From the IMG/VR virus record IMGVR_UViG_3300031760_000343: a DNA stretch of 32,840 bases; one strand, given 5' to 3'. The notes under the pieces are model-generated. The model was not told the origin of the DNA. It was given only the letters and a program-made list of their open reading frames with translations, and searched no databases. The position numbers were made by a program, and so were the translations under genes. This stretch comes from a virus. Each line of letters begins with the position of its first letter. Within the stretch, counting starts at the first letter, position 1. Shown here piece by piece: positions 7,238-14,998 of this stretch.

Positions 7238-7456
7238 CCGACACAATAACAGTTCTGCACTACATAGCAAATAGCCGTCCTCGAAGCGTATCTCATCTAC
7301 AGCGAGGTCAGACTGTGGAAGATACTGGAACACCGCTCAGACGCACGCACGGACGCAAGAAGGGCGGTCTACCGTGCAAGGGCATACAGAGACCTTGACG
7401 AGCGCACGGCTCTGAAAAACGCCCGTCAGGAGCTGTGGAGAAGCATAAGGAAGTAA
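7234..7456 (+). pseudogene. Frame-disrupted or recoded small gene
   Basis: Excellent SD AAGGAGG, then 7 nt, then TTG 7234. This opens a frame that becomes Arg/Gly-rich and low-complexity after about 12 codons. The +1 frame from 7268 to 7456 encodes a protein-like helical sequence (AVLEAYLIYSEVRLWKILEH...ELWRSIRK) that contains no ATG, GTG or TTG. Confidence 0.4.
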
Positions 7457-7460
7457 ATGG

Positions 7461-7679
7461 ATGGAAGTATTCAAAATAATTCAAGGAGGAAGTTCGGAAA
7501 TGATAACACTGAGAGACATAGACGGCATTCTCTTCGACATCGACATCAGCGATATCGAGGAGATACAGCGCCAGGAGGACAAGTGCTGGCTCGTGACCAC
7601 GGACGGCAGACGGATCCAGATCAAGACTCCCTGCGAGACGGTCCTGAGCATGATAATGAGGGCGAAGCTATGCAGATGA
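7461..7679 (+). CDS. Hypothetical protein (72 aa; alternative start at 7500)
   Basis: ITLRDIDGILFDIDISDIEEIQRQEDKCWLVTTDGRRIQIKTP loosely resembles the FlbD/SwrD small-protein pattern (low certainty). The overlapping 120-aa track ORF is rejected for its first two thirds. Confidence 0.55.
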   Translation: MEVFKIIQGGSSEMITLRDIDGILFDIDISDIEEIQRQEDKCWLVTTDGRRIQIKTPCETVLSMIMRAKLCR

Positions 7680-7819
7680 AGAATCATGAAAAGGCCGCAG
7701 CCATTGCAGACAAGCTCCGCAACATCAGGCTTGAAGTAATCGTAACGGCTGAGGATGTGCTGCTGAAATGCCGTGACGATGCTGAACTGGATTTTTACTA
7801 CAGATACTTATGCAGATAG
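7670..7819 (+). CDS. Hypothetical small protein (49 aa)
   Basis: This is the C-terminal, protein-like part of track ORF 7457..7819, starting at the internal ATG 7670. Confidence 0.4.
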   Translation: MQMKNHEKAAAIADKLRNIRLEVIVTAEDVLLKCRDDAELDFYYRYLCR

Positions 7820-7834
7820 ACAGGAGGAAAATAG

Positions 7835-7972
7835 ATGAAAGCAATAAAGTTTGAAGGACGAAGAGTCGAGGAAATTGAAATTGACAATACTCTTGAAGCA
7901 CTACAGGCTGCTGAGGAATTCTGTGATATTCCCGAGGATATTAAAAGAAGAATCAAGGTGAGATTCCCATGA
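7835..7972 (+). CDS. Hypothetical small protein (45 aa)
   Basis: SD AGGAGGAAAA. There is an ATGA overlap with the next gene. Confidence 0.5.
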   Translation: MKAIKFEGRRVEEIEIDNTLEALQAAEEFCDIPEDIKRRIKVRFP

Positions 7973-8286
7973 AAACAAGTGATTTTTTCAATAAAATGCC
8001 TTGTATCGTTGATATGAATGCTTGTCATGAACCTCCGACCGTAAAGGACGATGATACAATAGTTCGCGTAGAATACGGCAAAACTGCCTACCCCTACTAT
8101 AAGGTCTATTTCCTCCGCCGGATCTATAATGATGACCGCGTTTATAAATGCAAGGCTACTTTCAAGCAGCTCCCAGAGACAGCTCAGAAATGGATCAGCA
8201 GGCGTGTCCCATGGGAGAACGGATTTCTCATCAGGTGGGAAGGTGACGAAGAAAACACTCAGCTCAGATTTGACATGAGGTGTTGA
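7969..8286 (+). CDS. Hypothetical protein (105 aa)
   Basis: ORF in the early operon, translationally coupled to its upstream neighbour. Confidence 0.65.
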   Translation: MKTSDFFNKMPCIVDMNACHEPPTVKDDDTIVRVEYGKTAYPYYKVYFLRRIYNDDRVYKCKATFKQLPETAQKWISRRVPWENGFLIRWEGDEENTQLRFDMRC

Positions 8287-8287
8287 A

Positions 8288-8554
8288 ATGAAAGTAAATG
8301 AAGATTATTTAGATGGCTACGGACGCAGCTGCTTAGTGTTCTCAGGTGTAAGAAAGTTCTCAGATGTTTACGACTGGCTTTTTGAACACTATAACGGATA
8401 TAAGTTCTGTATTGTTCTTGATTGCAGTACAAGCGAATACCCCGAGCCGGACAACAAGATATATGTTCATTTTATGGACGAGCTTCAGGAGGAGGTCAAT
8501 CTCGAAGCAGGATATATCCTCAGTAAAGACAAAAAAGCTTATGTCCATAGATAA
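8288..8554 (+). CDS. Hypothetical protein (88 aa)
   Basis: The ORF starts 2 nt after the preceding stop codon. Confidence 0.65.
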   Translation: MKVNEDYLDGYGRSCLVFSGVRKFSDVYDWLFEHYNGYKFCIVLDCSTSEYPEPDNKIYVHFMDELQEEVNLEAGYILSKDKKAYVHR

Positions 8555-8574
8555 AAAAGCTCCCCGAAGGGAGC
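8551..8574 (-). terminator. Minus-oriented intrinsic terminator in a plus-strand operon
   Basis: Hairpin GCTCCC-ttcg-GGGAGC (8574..8559) followed on the minus strand by TTTTTT. On the plus strand only A-tracts flank the hairpin. Confidence 0.5.
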
Positions 8575-8598
8575 AAGAAAAAAATATATACCACCAAA

Positions 8599-8627
8599 AT
8601 CATAACACAGAAAGGAAGAAATGTCAA
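8599..8627 (-). promoter_or_regulatory. Candidate leftward promoter
   Basis: The minus strand reads TTGACA (8627..8622), a 17-nt spacer, then TATGAT (8604..8599). It overlaps the SD and start region of the plus-strand gene at 8628. Confidence 0.4.
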
Positions 8628-8921
8628 ATGGAAACAGTCAAATGGGACGGCGTTACTGACTCGATCAAGATTCTGGAAGCCTTGCTGCTGTTCGTCGACG
8701 ATGAGGACTTAGCGATAGGCAAGGTCAAGTCTTATGGTGACTTCGGGCGTGACCTGAAGAAAAAGCACATGAACAACGGCATCAACAGGGACGGTTACGG
8801 TATTTTCGCACGGTCGGACAGAATCGAAGTGACAGTCAACGAGGTAAACAAGCGTTATACGCTGACATGGAACAAGGCAGCCAAGTTGCTGCATAAGTAT
8901 TTACATGAAGAAGGGAAGTAA
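8628..8921 (+). CDS. Hypothetical protein (97 aa)
   Basis: Internal ATG 8628 of track ORF 8364..8921, with the SD AAAGGAAG. The upstream part of the track ORF overlaps gene 8288..8554. Confidence 0.6.
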   Translation: METVKWDGVTDSIKILEALLLFVDDEDLAIGKVKSYGDFGRDLKKKHMNNGINRDGYGIFARSDRIEVTVNEVNKRYTLTWNKAAKLLHKYLHEEGK

Positions 8922-8924
8922 AAA

Positions 8925-9476
8925 ATGGAAAAAACACACTGGAAGAAAATGACCAATCCTAACTATATGGGTGACTACTCGATACCCGAGGGATGTGATC
9001 TGATAGCAACGATTGACTATGTGGCTCAGGAAAAAGTCACAGGTGTAGGCGGAAAGTCCGAGATAGAAGTAGTTGCACATTTTTCGGACGGCAACAAGCC
9101 GCTTATCCTCAACAAGACCAACATGAAAACGATCCAGAAGATCTATAAGACACCATACATAGAGGACTGGAAGGGACGCAAGATACAGATCTACTATGAT
9201 CCGACAGTCAAGTTCGGACGTGAGACGGTCGGCGGTCTGAGAATAAGACCATTCGTACCGGCACAGCAGCAGGTATCTCTTAAGTGCAGCGACTGCGGCA
9301 GTCCGATAACAGAAGCGTTCGGAAAGAGCGCGGAATGGGTATCAATGTATACTCACAAGACATACGGAAAGGAGCTCTGTGCCGAGTGTGCTCAGAAGCT
9401 CAAAGAAAAAATGGATCAGCAGAAAGCACCTGATCCGCTCGGAACATCAACAACAACGGAGGAAATTAAGATATGA
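8925..9476 (+). CDS. Hypothetical protein with C-terminal zinc ribbon
   Basis: 183 aa with CSDCGSP...CAECAQ (CxxC...CxxC). It is the first gene of the recombination/replication block. Confidence 0.7.
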   Translation: MEKTHWKKMTNPNYMGDYSIPEGCDLIATIDYVAQEKVTGVGGKSEIEVVAHFSDGNKPLILNKTNMKTIQKIYKTPYIEDWKGRKIQIYYDPTVKFGRETVGGLRIRPFVPAQQQVSLKCSDCGSPITEAFGKSAEWVSMYTHKTYGKELCAECAQKLKEKMDQQKAPDPLGTSTTTEEIKI

Positions 9477-10903
9477 GAACCACAAAAATCAAGATACGTA
9501 ACCTTTTCGGAATTACAGAGACGGAGCTGGACGGCCGCTCCGTCGAGATCACAGGAGCTAACGGAGTCGGAAAAACTTCGGTTATCGATGCATTCCGCTA
9601 TGCTCTCACAAATAAGAGCGACAGGAACATTATTGTCAGGCAGGGCGAGAAAGAGGGCGAGATCCTCATCGAGACTGATACAGGACTTACTATTGACCGC
9701 AAGAAGAGAACAGAGCAGTCCGATTATAAGTCGGTCAAGGAAAATGGACGTGAAGTTATGGCTCCTGAGAACTTCCTTAAGACGCTCTTCACGCCTTTGC
9801 AGCTGGATCCTGTTGCATTCACACTTATGGACGAAAAGGCGAAAAACAGAGCAATACTTGATCTTATAGACTTCTCATGGGACCTTAATTTCATCCGGGA
9901 CAAGTTCGGAGAGATCCCCTCCTGGGTAAACTACGAGCAGAACATTCTCCAGGTCCTCAGTGATATGCAGGCCGAAAACGGTGAGTGGTTCAAGGAACGT
10001 CAGGACGTAAACCGTGATATCCGTAATAAACAGGCATTTATCGAGAATATTGCCAAGGATATCCCTGCGAATTATCAGGCTGAGAAATGGGAGGCATACG
10101 ATCTCGGAGCAGCTTATAAGAAGCTTGAACAGATGAAGGAGCATAACAGCCGCATCGAGCGTGCGAAGCTCTTCCGCAGCAGCTACGACAGCAAGCTCAG
10201 GAAGCTCGAGGCGGACAGGATGATAGAAATATCCGCCGAGGAAAAAGCTGTTGCTGCCGAGCGTGAAACGCTGCTATCCGATATCGAACGCATGAAGGCT
10301 CAGATCAAGGCGAGCGAGGACAAGCTTGCAGGGCTGTCAGGAAAGCTCGAGGATAAGAAAGCACTTGCTGAGAGTCACTTTACCGCAGCTAAGACAAAGC
10401 TTGACGCTGATATGAGTGTAGCTGATGAATATATGGATAAGACTCCTATAGACTGCACTGAGCTCCAGACAGAGATAACCAATGCCGAGGATATGAGGCG
10501 GCATCTGAACGAGTACCAGCGTATGCAGGCAATGCAGCTTGATTTAGAGCAGCTCAAAATCAAGTCTGACGAATATACCCGAAAAATCGAGCTTGCACGA
10601 AGACTCCCAGGTGAGATATTATCTACAGCAACTATCCCGATAGAGGGATTCACGGTTGAGAACGGCATACCGCTGATACATGGTCTTCCGGTAGCGAACC
10701 TCTCCGAGGGTGAGCAGCTCAGCCTCTGCGTTGATGTGGCTCTCGCTAAGCCGAACGGACTCCGGGTCATACTCATCGACGGAACCGAGAAGCTGTCCTC
10801 TGAGAACCGCGATAAGCTGTATCACAAGTGCCATGAAAAGGGAATACAGTTCATAGCTACAAGGACAACAGACTCCTCTGAAATGGAGGTACATTACATA
10901 TGA
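9473..10903 (+). CDS. SMC/SbcC/Rad50-like AAA ATPase
   Basis: Walker A GANGVGKTS lies near the N-terminus. A long charged coiled-coil occupies the middle. The C-terminus has the ABC signature-like LSEGEQLSL and the Walker B VILIDGTEKL. Confidence 0.8.
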   Translation: MRTTKIKIRNLFGITETELDGRSVEITGANGVGKTSVIDAFRYALTNKSDRNIIVRQGEKEGEILIETDTGLTIDRKKRTEQSDYKSVKENGREVMAPENFLKTLFTPLQLDPVAFTLMDEKAKNRAILDLIDFSWDLNFIRDKFGEIPSWVNYEQNILQVLSDMQAENGEWFKERQDVNRDIRNKQAFIENIAKDIPANYQAEKWEAYDLGAAYKKLEQMKEHNSRIERAKLFRSSYDSKLRKLEADRMIEISAEEKAVAAERETLLSDIERMKAQIKASEDKLAGLSGKLEDKKALAESHFTAAKTKLDADMSVADEYMDKTPIDCTELQTEITNAEDMRRHLNEYQRMQAMQLDLEQLKIKSDEYTRKIELARRLPGEILSTATIPIEGFTVENGIPLIHGLPVANLSEGEQLSLCVDVALAKPNGLRVILIDGTEKLSSENRDKLYHKCHEKGIQFIATRTTDSSEMEVHYI

Positions 10904-11694
10904 AATCACATGCTCTTACTGCTGAGAACTACTTCGCCCCTGAAAACAACATGAAGTATATGGGCAGTTCACAGTTCAAGAGCTTCCTCAGCTGCGAGGC
11001 TGCCGCACTTGCGGAGCTTCGCGGTGAGTATCAGAGGAAGGTGACGGATGCGCTGCTGATTGGCTCCTATGTCGATGCTCACTACGAGGGTACACTTGAT
11101 ATTTTCAAAGCACAGCATCCTGAGATATTTACTCGTACCGGCGACCTGAAAGCGCAGTATCAGCACGCTGAGTATATGATACAGCGTGCGGAGCGTGACG
11201 AAGTATTTTCGAGGTACATGTCAGGCGAAAAACAGGTGATAATGGTAGGCGAGATAGCAGGCATCCCGTTCAAGATAAAGGTCGACAGCCTGCATCCGAG
11301 CTGTATCGTTGATCTTAAGTGTGTCAAGGACTTCGCTCCAATTTACAGCGCCGAAAAAGGCGCTAAGCTGCATTTTATAAACTACTGGGGATATGACATT
11401 CAGGGCGCTATCTATCGTGAGGTAGTGCGGCAGAACACAGGGAACGTGCTGCCGTTTACTATCGCAGGCATCACCAAGGAAGAGGAGCCGGATCTTGATG
11501 TGCTCTGGGTACCGGACGAGGATCTGGATGCAAGTCTGAGCGAGGTCGAGAGTCTTGCACCGAGGTTCCAGGCGATCAAGGAAGGACGAGTACAGCCGCA
11601 GAGATGCGGACACTGTCCGTACTGCCGATTTACTAAGGTCCTGACGGGACCGAGAAACTATCACGAGGATCTGGAGGTGTACGAGGTTGAGTAG
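10900..11694 (+). CDS. PD-(D/E)XK (RecB/Cas4-like) exonuclease
   Basis: Motifs IVDLKCVKD (D-x-K), YDIQGAIY (Q-h-x-x-Y) and a C-terminal CGHCPYC cysteine cluster. The gene is coupled to the ATPase gene. Confidence 0.7.
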   Translation: MKSHALTAENYFAPENNMKYMGSSQFKSFLSCEAAALAELRGEYQRKVTDALLIGSYVDAHYEGTLDIFKAQHPEIFTRTGDLKAQYQHAEYMIQRAERDEVFSRYMSGEKQVIMVGEIAGIPFKIKVDSLHPSCIVDLKCVKDFAPIYSAEKGAKLHFINYWGYDIQGAIYREVVRQNTGNVLPFTIAGITKEEEPDLDVLWVPDEDLDASLSEVESLAPRFQAIKEGRVQPQRCGHCPYCRFTKVLTGPRNYHEDLEVYEVE

Positions 11695-12241
11695 TGCTGA
11701 CGAAAAAAAGGAATTCATGAAGAAAGTAACGATTCTGATCGATACAAGAGAGCAGAAAAACGCTCATATCACTCAGGTGCTGAGTACCCTCGGGATAATG
11801 CACAAGTCTCAGAAGCTCGACTTCGGCGACTACAGCTTTTCTGTGGACGGGAAGGACTTTTCCCGTTCCTGCGTCATAGAGCGCAAGGCGGATGTTGATG
11901 AGGTCTACGGCAACGTCACAGCTGACCGTGAGCGCATCGAGAAGGAGCTGGACACTATTTCCCGAAATGCGAATCAGTGTGTATTTATGCTTGAAAACTG
12001 CACAGGCTGGACGCATCTGAAAGGCTTCGAGCTGTCGGAACAGCAGGCAGCCAAGCAGGGGCGCAAGGTCAAGAATATCGGCGCTACGGTATACAGTACG
12101 CTGCAATCATGGAAGTGTGGCAATCGATACAGCTTCAGCGTGGAATTCGTCCCAGATGTGAACCACTCTGCGCTGAAAATACTGGAAGTATTTTTCTGGT
12201 ATTACCACAACTACAAGAAGCAGACGGCTCCGCGCAAGTAG
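11687..12241 (+). CDS. ERCC4-type (XPF/Mus81-like) nuclease
   Basis: ILIDTREQKN ... LDFGDYSF ... VIERKADVDE matches the ERCC4 domain core pattern. The start is either TTG 11687 (SD GGAGGTG) or ATG 11717. Confidence 0.65.
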   Translation: MSSADEKKEFMKKVTILIDTREQKNAHITQVLSTLGIMHKSQKLDFGDYSFSVDGKDFSRSCVIERKADVDEVYGNVTADRERIEKELDTISRNANQCVFMLENCTGWTHLKGFELSEQQAAKQGRKVKNIGATVYSTLQSWKCGNRYSFSVEFVPDVNHSALKILEVFFWYYHNYKKQTAPRK

Positions 12242-12243
12242 CT

Positions 12244-12510
12244 ATGGGAAAGAAGATACCATACGACCAGGCTCTGAAGCTGGGGCGGACTGAGGTAAGT
12301 GATTCTATTTTCGCAAAAGAAAATCCATACGGCTATAAACTGAACGTTAATCATCCCGAGGTGCGGAAGTTCTACGATTTCTATAAGGCGAAGGTCGGGG
12401 AGTTCATCCTCTCCGATCATCAGCGCCGTACTTTCGAGATGCTGTTCCTACAGATGAGGGAGAAAAAGATACATGAACAAAGTGATACTGCTCGGACGGC
12501 TGACAGCTGA
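12244..12510 (+). CDS. Hypothetical protein (88 aa)
   Basis: ATG 12244 lies 3 nt after the preceding stop codon. This is the internal start of track ORF 12109..12510. Confidence 0.55.
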   Translation: MGKKIPYDQALKLGRTEVSDSIFAKENPYGYKLNVNHPEVRKFYDFYKAKVGEFILSDHQRRTFEMLFLQMREKKIHEQSDTARTADS

Positions 12511-12949
12511 TCCAGAGCTCAGAACAACACAAAGCGGCATTGCAAGCTGCCGTTTCACAGTCGCAGTAAACAGGAAATTTGCCGATAAAAGCACAGGTGA
12601 AAGACAGGCTGATTTCGTCAGCTGCATTGCCTGGAGACAGACCGCAGAGTTTGTTTCGAGGTACTTTTCCAAGGGCAAGATGATATGCCTCGAGGGCGAG
12701 CTGAGGAACAATAACTATCAGGACAGACATTATCCCGATGTTACTCACTACACTATGGATGTTATCGTCGATAATGTAGAGTTCGCAGGCAGCAAGAACG
12801 AGGGCGGAGGCGGAAATAATACCAACTATGCAGCAGCTGCTACACCTCCGCAGACGACCGCACAGCAGCCGCAGACTAACGATAATATGTCCTACGGTTC
12901 TCTCAGCGACTTCGAGGAGATACTCAGCGACGGTGATGTTCCGTTTTGA
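12473..12949 (+). CDS. ssb: Single-stranded DNA-binding protein
   Basis: The N-terminus MNKVILLGRLTADPELRTTQSGIASCRFTVAVNR is an OB fold. A Gly/Gln/Pro-rich linker follows, then the acidic tip DGDVPF. Confidence 0.9.
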   Translation: MNKVILLGRLTADPELRTTQSGIASCRFTVAVNRKFADKSTGERQADFVSCIAWRQTAEFVSRYFSKGKMICLEGELRNNNYQDRHYPDVTHYTMDVIVDNVEFAGSKNEGGGGNNTNYAAAATPPQTTAQQPQTNDNMSYGSLSDFEEILSDGDVPF

Positions 12950-12964
12950 TCGGGAGGTGATACT

Positions 12965-13723
12965 ATGGCAGATCCGCAGGTCAGGAACGGATATACACGA
13001 ATTGACAATGAACTGCTCGAAGCTATCTGTCGGCTGAATATCTCAGGGAACGAAATGCGGATCCTGCTTTATATCATCCGCAGAACATACGGTTTTAACA
13101 GGACGTATGCAGAGATGCCGCTTTCAGAAATATCTGCCGCTGTTGGAGTCAGACGAGAGCATATTCAAAAAGCATTGAAGCGACTATCAAATCAAAATAT
13201 CATCGAGCTGAGAACGAATCCGGGCGTTAAACCACAGACTATTTCTGTTGTGAAAAATTATGAAAAATGGGCTGTTGAAAGTTGTGCAAGTTTACTGTTG
13301 CAGAAAATTGCAACTGTTGCAGAAAACGGCAACACTACTGTTGCAGAAAATTGCAACACTACTGTTGCAGAAAATTGCAACACTACTGTTGCAGAAAATT
13401 GCAACAGTACATATAAAGAAAATAAAGAAAGTATTAAAGAAAGGGGAAAGAAAAACCCCACACCTAAAAAGGAAAATATAAAAACTAAATACGGCAATTA
13501 TGAAAATGTTTTACTTTCAGCAGATGAGTATTCTCAGCTCGTCTCAGACTACGGTGAGAGCAACATCAGGGAGTACATCAGACGGGTAGACGAGTATGTG
13601 CAGTCTTCTGGTAAGCGGTACTCGGACTATGCGGTTACTATCAGACGTTGGCTCGAAAAAGACAACGTGAAGAAGGACGACTTCGATATGGAAAAATACA
13701 GGTTCGTGATAAATAATATCTGA
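12965..13723 (+). CDS. Replication initiator / replisome organizer (lambda O-like N-terminal domain)
   Basis: GYTRIDNELLEAICRLNISGNEMRILLYIIRRTYGFNR fits the phage replication protein O N-terminal pattern. The gene contains the iteron array. Confidence 0.75.
   Translation: MADPQVRNGYTRIDNELLEAICRLNISGNEMRILLYIIRRTYGFNRTYAEMPLSEISAAVGVRREHIQKALKRLSNQNIIELRTNPGVKPQTISVVKNYEKWAVESCASLLLQKIATVAENGNTTVAENCNTTVAENCNTTVAENCNSTYKENKESIKERGKKNPTPKKENIKTKYGNYENVLLSADEYSQLVSDYGESNIREYIRRVDEYVQSSGKRYSDYAVTIRRWLEKDNVKKDDFDMEKYRFVINNI
13294..13408. repeat. Iteron array (candidate replication origin) inside the initiator gene
   Basis: There are five copies of TGTTGCAGAAAAnnGCAAC, starting at 13296, 13315, 13339, 13363 and 13387. 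The last four have 24-bp periodicity. Each copy contains the dyad TTGCA-N6-TGCAA. An A/T- and purine-rich tract follows (13410..13500). The protein shows the repeat TTVAENCN. Confidence 0.75.
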
Positions 13724-13736
13724 AAGGGTGATGAAT

Positions 13737-14042
13737 ATGACAGATATATATGCTGCACTCGCATTCATGGACATACTGATCGCTGCTGCATTGGTCACGG
13801 TAACAGAGCAGATCGTAACGGATGCAAGAGAGTGTTTCTCGGAATACAGGCTCATCGATAAGGCGAGCGGAAAGGAAAGAAATAATGTCGTGACGATAGA
13901 ATTCTACATAAGACTGTTCATCGTCGGACTGGTACCGCTTTTCAATCTGCTGATGCTTTATTCCTTCGTCTTCGACAAGGCTACCCAGATCGAGGACTGG
14001 ATAGAGATCATCGAAGAACGATTCTATCTGACAGGAAGGTGA
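13737..14042 (+). CDS. Hypothetical membrane protein
   Basis: Hydrophobic segments are present. Possible starts are 13728 (GTG), 13731 and 13737; the SD AAAGGG fits 13737 best. Confidence 0.55.
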   Translation: MTDIYAALAFMDILIAAALVTVTEQIVTDARECFSEYRLIDKASGKERNNVVTIEFYIRLFIVGLVPLFNLLMLYSFVFDKATQIEDWIEIIEERFYLTGR

Positions 14043-14047
14043 GGGAA

Positions 14048-14491
14048 ATGGATGAGTGTATCGGAACGATAATTTTCATGGCAGCACTGTTCGGCTATGT
14101 TATATGGGCGCTCTTCTTTCGGGGGAAGCCCAGGAAGCTGAAGTACACTGAGGAGATTTCCAACAGGATAGACAAGCTCTACTACATCAATCAGCAGATC
14201 AAGCAGATCGATAAGCTGAAAACCGATGCAGATCTTGCCGACAGAGATCACCACTACAGGTTCAGTCTCGAGCGTGAGACTATCCTCGGTGAGAACATTG
14301 CAGCTGACATCTGGGTGGACGGAAACAGTCCGCTCTCAGCTCAGACAGCCGCACTCCTGGACGCAAGGAAAAAGGAGCTTCTGAGATCCCTTTTCACAGA
14401 GATGTTCAAGCTTCCTCATCGTAAACGCCGTGACATAAACGTGATTCAAACGACGGATATTTATGGGGGAGGGGATGAGCTGAATGTATGA
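14048..14491 (+). CDS. Hypothetical protein with N-terminal TM helix
   Basis: GTIIFMAALFGYVIWALFF followed by a charged domain. ATG 14048 lies after GGTGAGGG. Confidence 0.6.
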   Translation: MDECIGTIIFMAALFGYVIWALFFRGKPRKLKYTEEISNRIDKLYYINQQIKQIDKLKTDADLADRDHHYRFSLERETILGENIAADIWVDGNSPLSAQTAALLDARKKELLRSLFTEMFKLPHRKRRDINVIQTTDIYGGGDELNV

Positions 14492-14774
14492 CGGAAAGAC
14501 CGGGACGATACTCTGCGACTGGTGCGGCGCTGTCCTCGGAAACATTAACGGCGACGGAAACTTCTTCGCTCTGATACGGACGAAATACTGTACTCAGTGC
14601 AGGCAGTTCGCAAGTGCGGAGAATCATCGTGCCGCTCAGCGTGCCTACCGACAGCGGAAGAAACTTGAAAAGAAATTGTGCATGGAGCGGCTTGACCTTA
14701 TGGCACAGGAGAACGAGCTGCTCCGACAAAAAATAAGAAGGATGAGTGAAGACAATGAGAGTGAGGGAACTTAA
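14484..14774 (+). CDS. Zinc-ribbon protein with bZIP-like basic region and leucine heptads
   Basis: CDWCG...YCTQC, then NHRAAQRAYRQRKK, then Leu at 7-residue spacing (LCMERLD LMAQENE LLRQKIR). Confidence 0.6.
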   Translation: MYDGKTGTILCDWCGAVLGNINGDGNFFALIRTKYCTQCRQFASAENHRAAQRAYRQRKKLEKKLCMERLDLMAQENELLRQKIRRMSEDNESEGT

Positions 14775-14797
14775 AAACAATCAGGAGGAATATTGAA

Positions 14798-14998
14798 ATG
14801 ATGAAAAACTACAGCACAGCCGCAGTTGCATTAGCACTCGGCATCAGTGAGAACGCTATTATCTCAGAGGATAGCAAGAAAGGACTTAACATTGCACAGA
14901 TTCTTATGCTTTCCGAGAACCAGAAGCTAAAGAAATACGATGAAGAAGCGGCAGTTATCCGCAAGCTTGTTTCTGACATAAAGGCACTGGAAAAATGA
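14798..14998 (+). CDS. Small HTH-like protein
   Basis: SD AGGAGGA. YSTAAVALALGISENAI resembles a helix-turn-helix. Confidence 0.55.
   Translation: MMKNYSTAAVALALGISENAIISEDSKKGLNIAQILMLSENQKLKKYDEEAAVIRKLVSDIKALEK

Noticed and set aside
7457-7669. The N-terminal two thirds of the 120-aa track ORF 7457..7819
   Set aside because: The product is Arg/His/Asp-rich and low-complexity, and it fully overlaps the more protein-like 7461..7679 frame. Only the part after ATG 7670 is kept.
8364-8627. The 5' extension of track ORF 8364..8921
   Set aside because: It overlaps gene 8288..8554 in another frame and crosses the intergenic hairpin. The internal ATG 8628 with its SD is preferred.
13294-13408. 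The tandem 24-bp repeats as a CRISPR array
   Set aside because: The repeats are contiguous with no unique spacers. They lie in frame inside the initiator gene, and no cas genes are present. Iterons explain them better.
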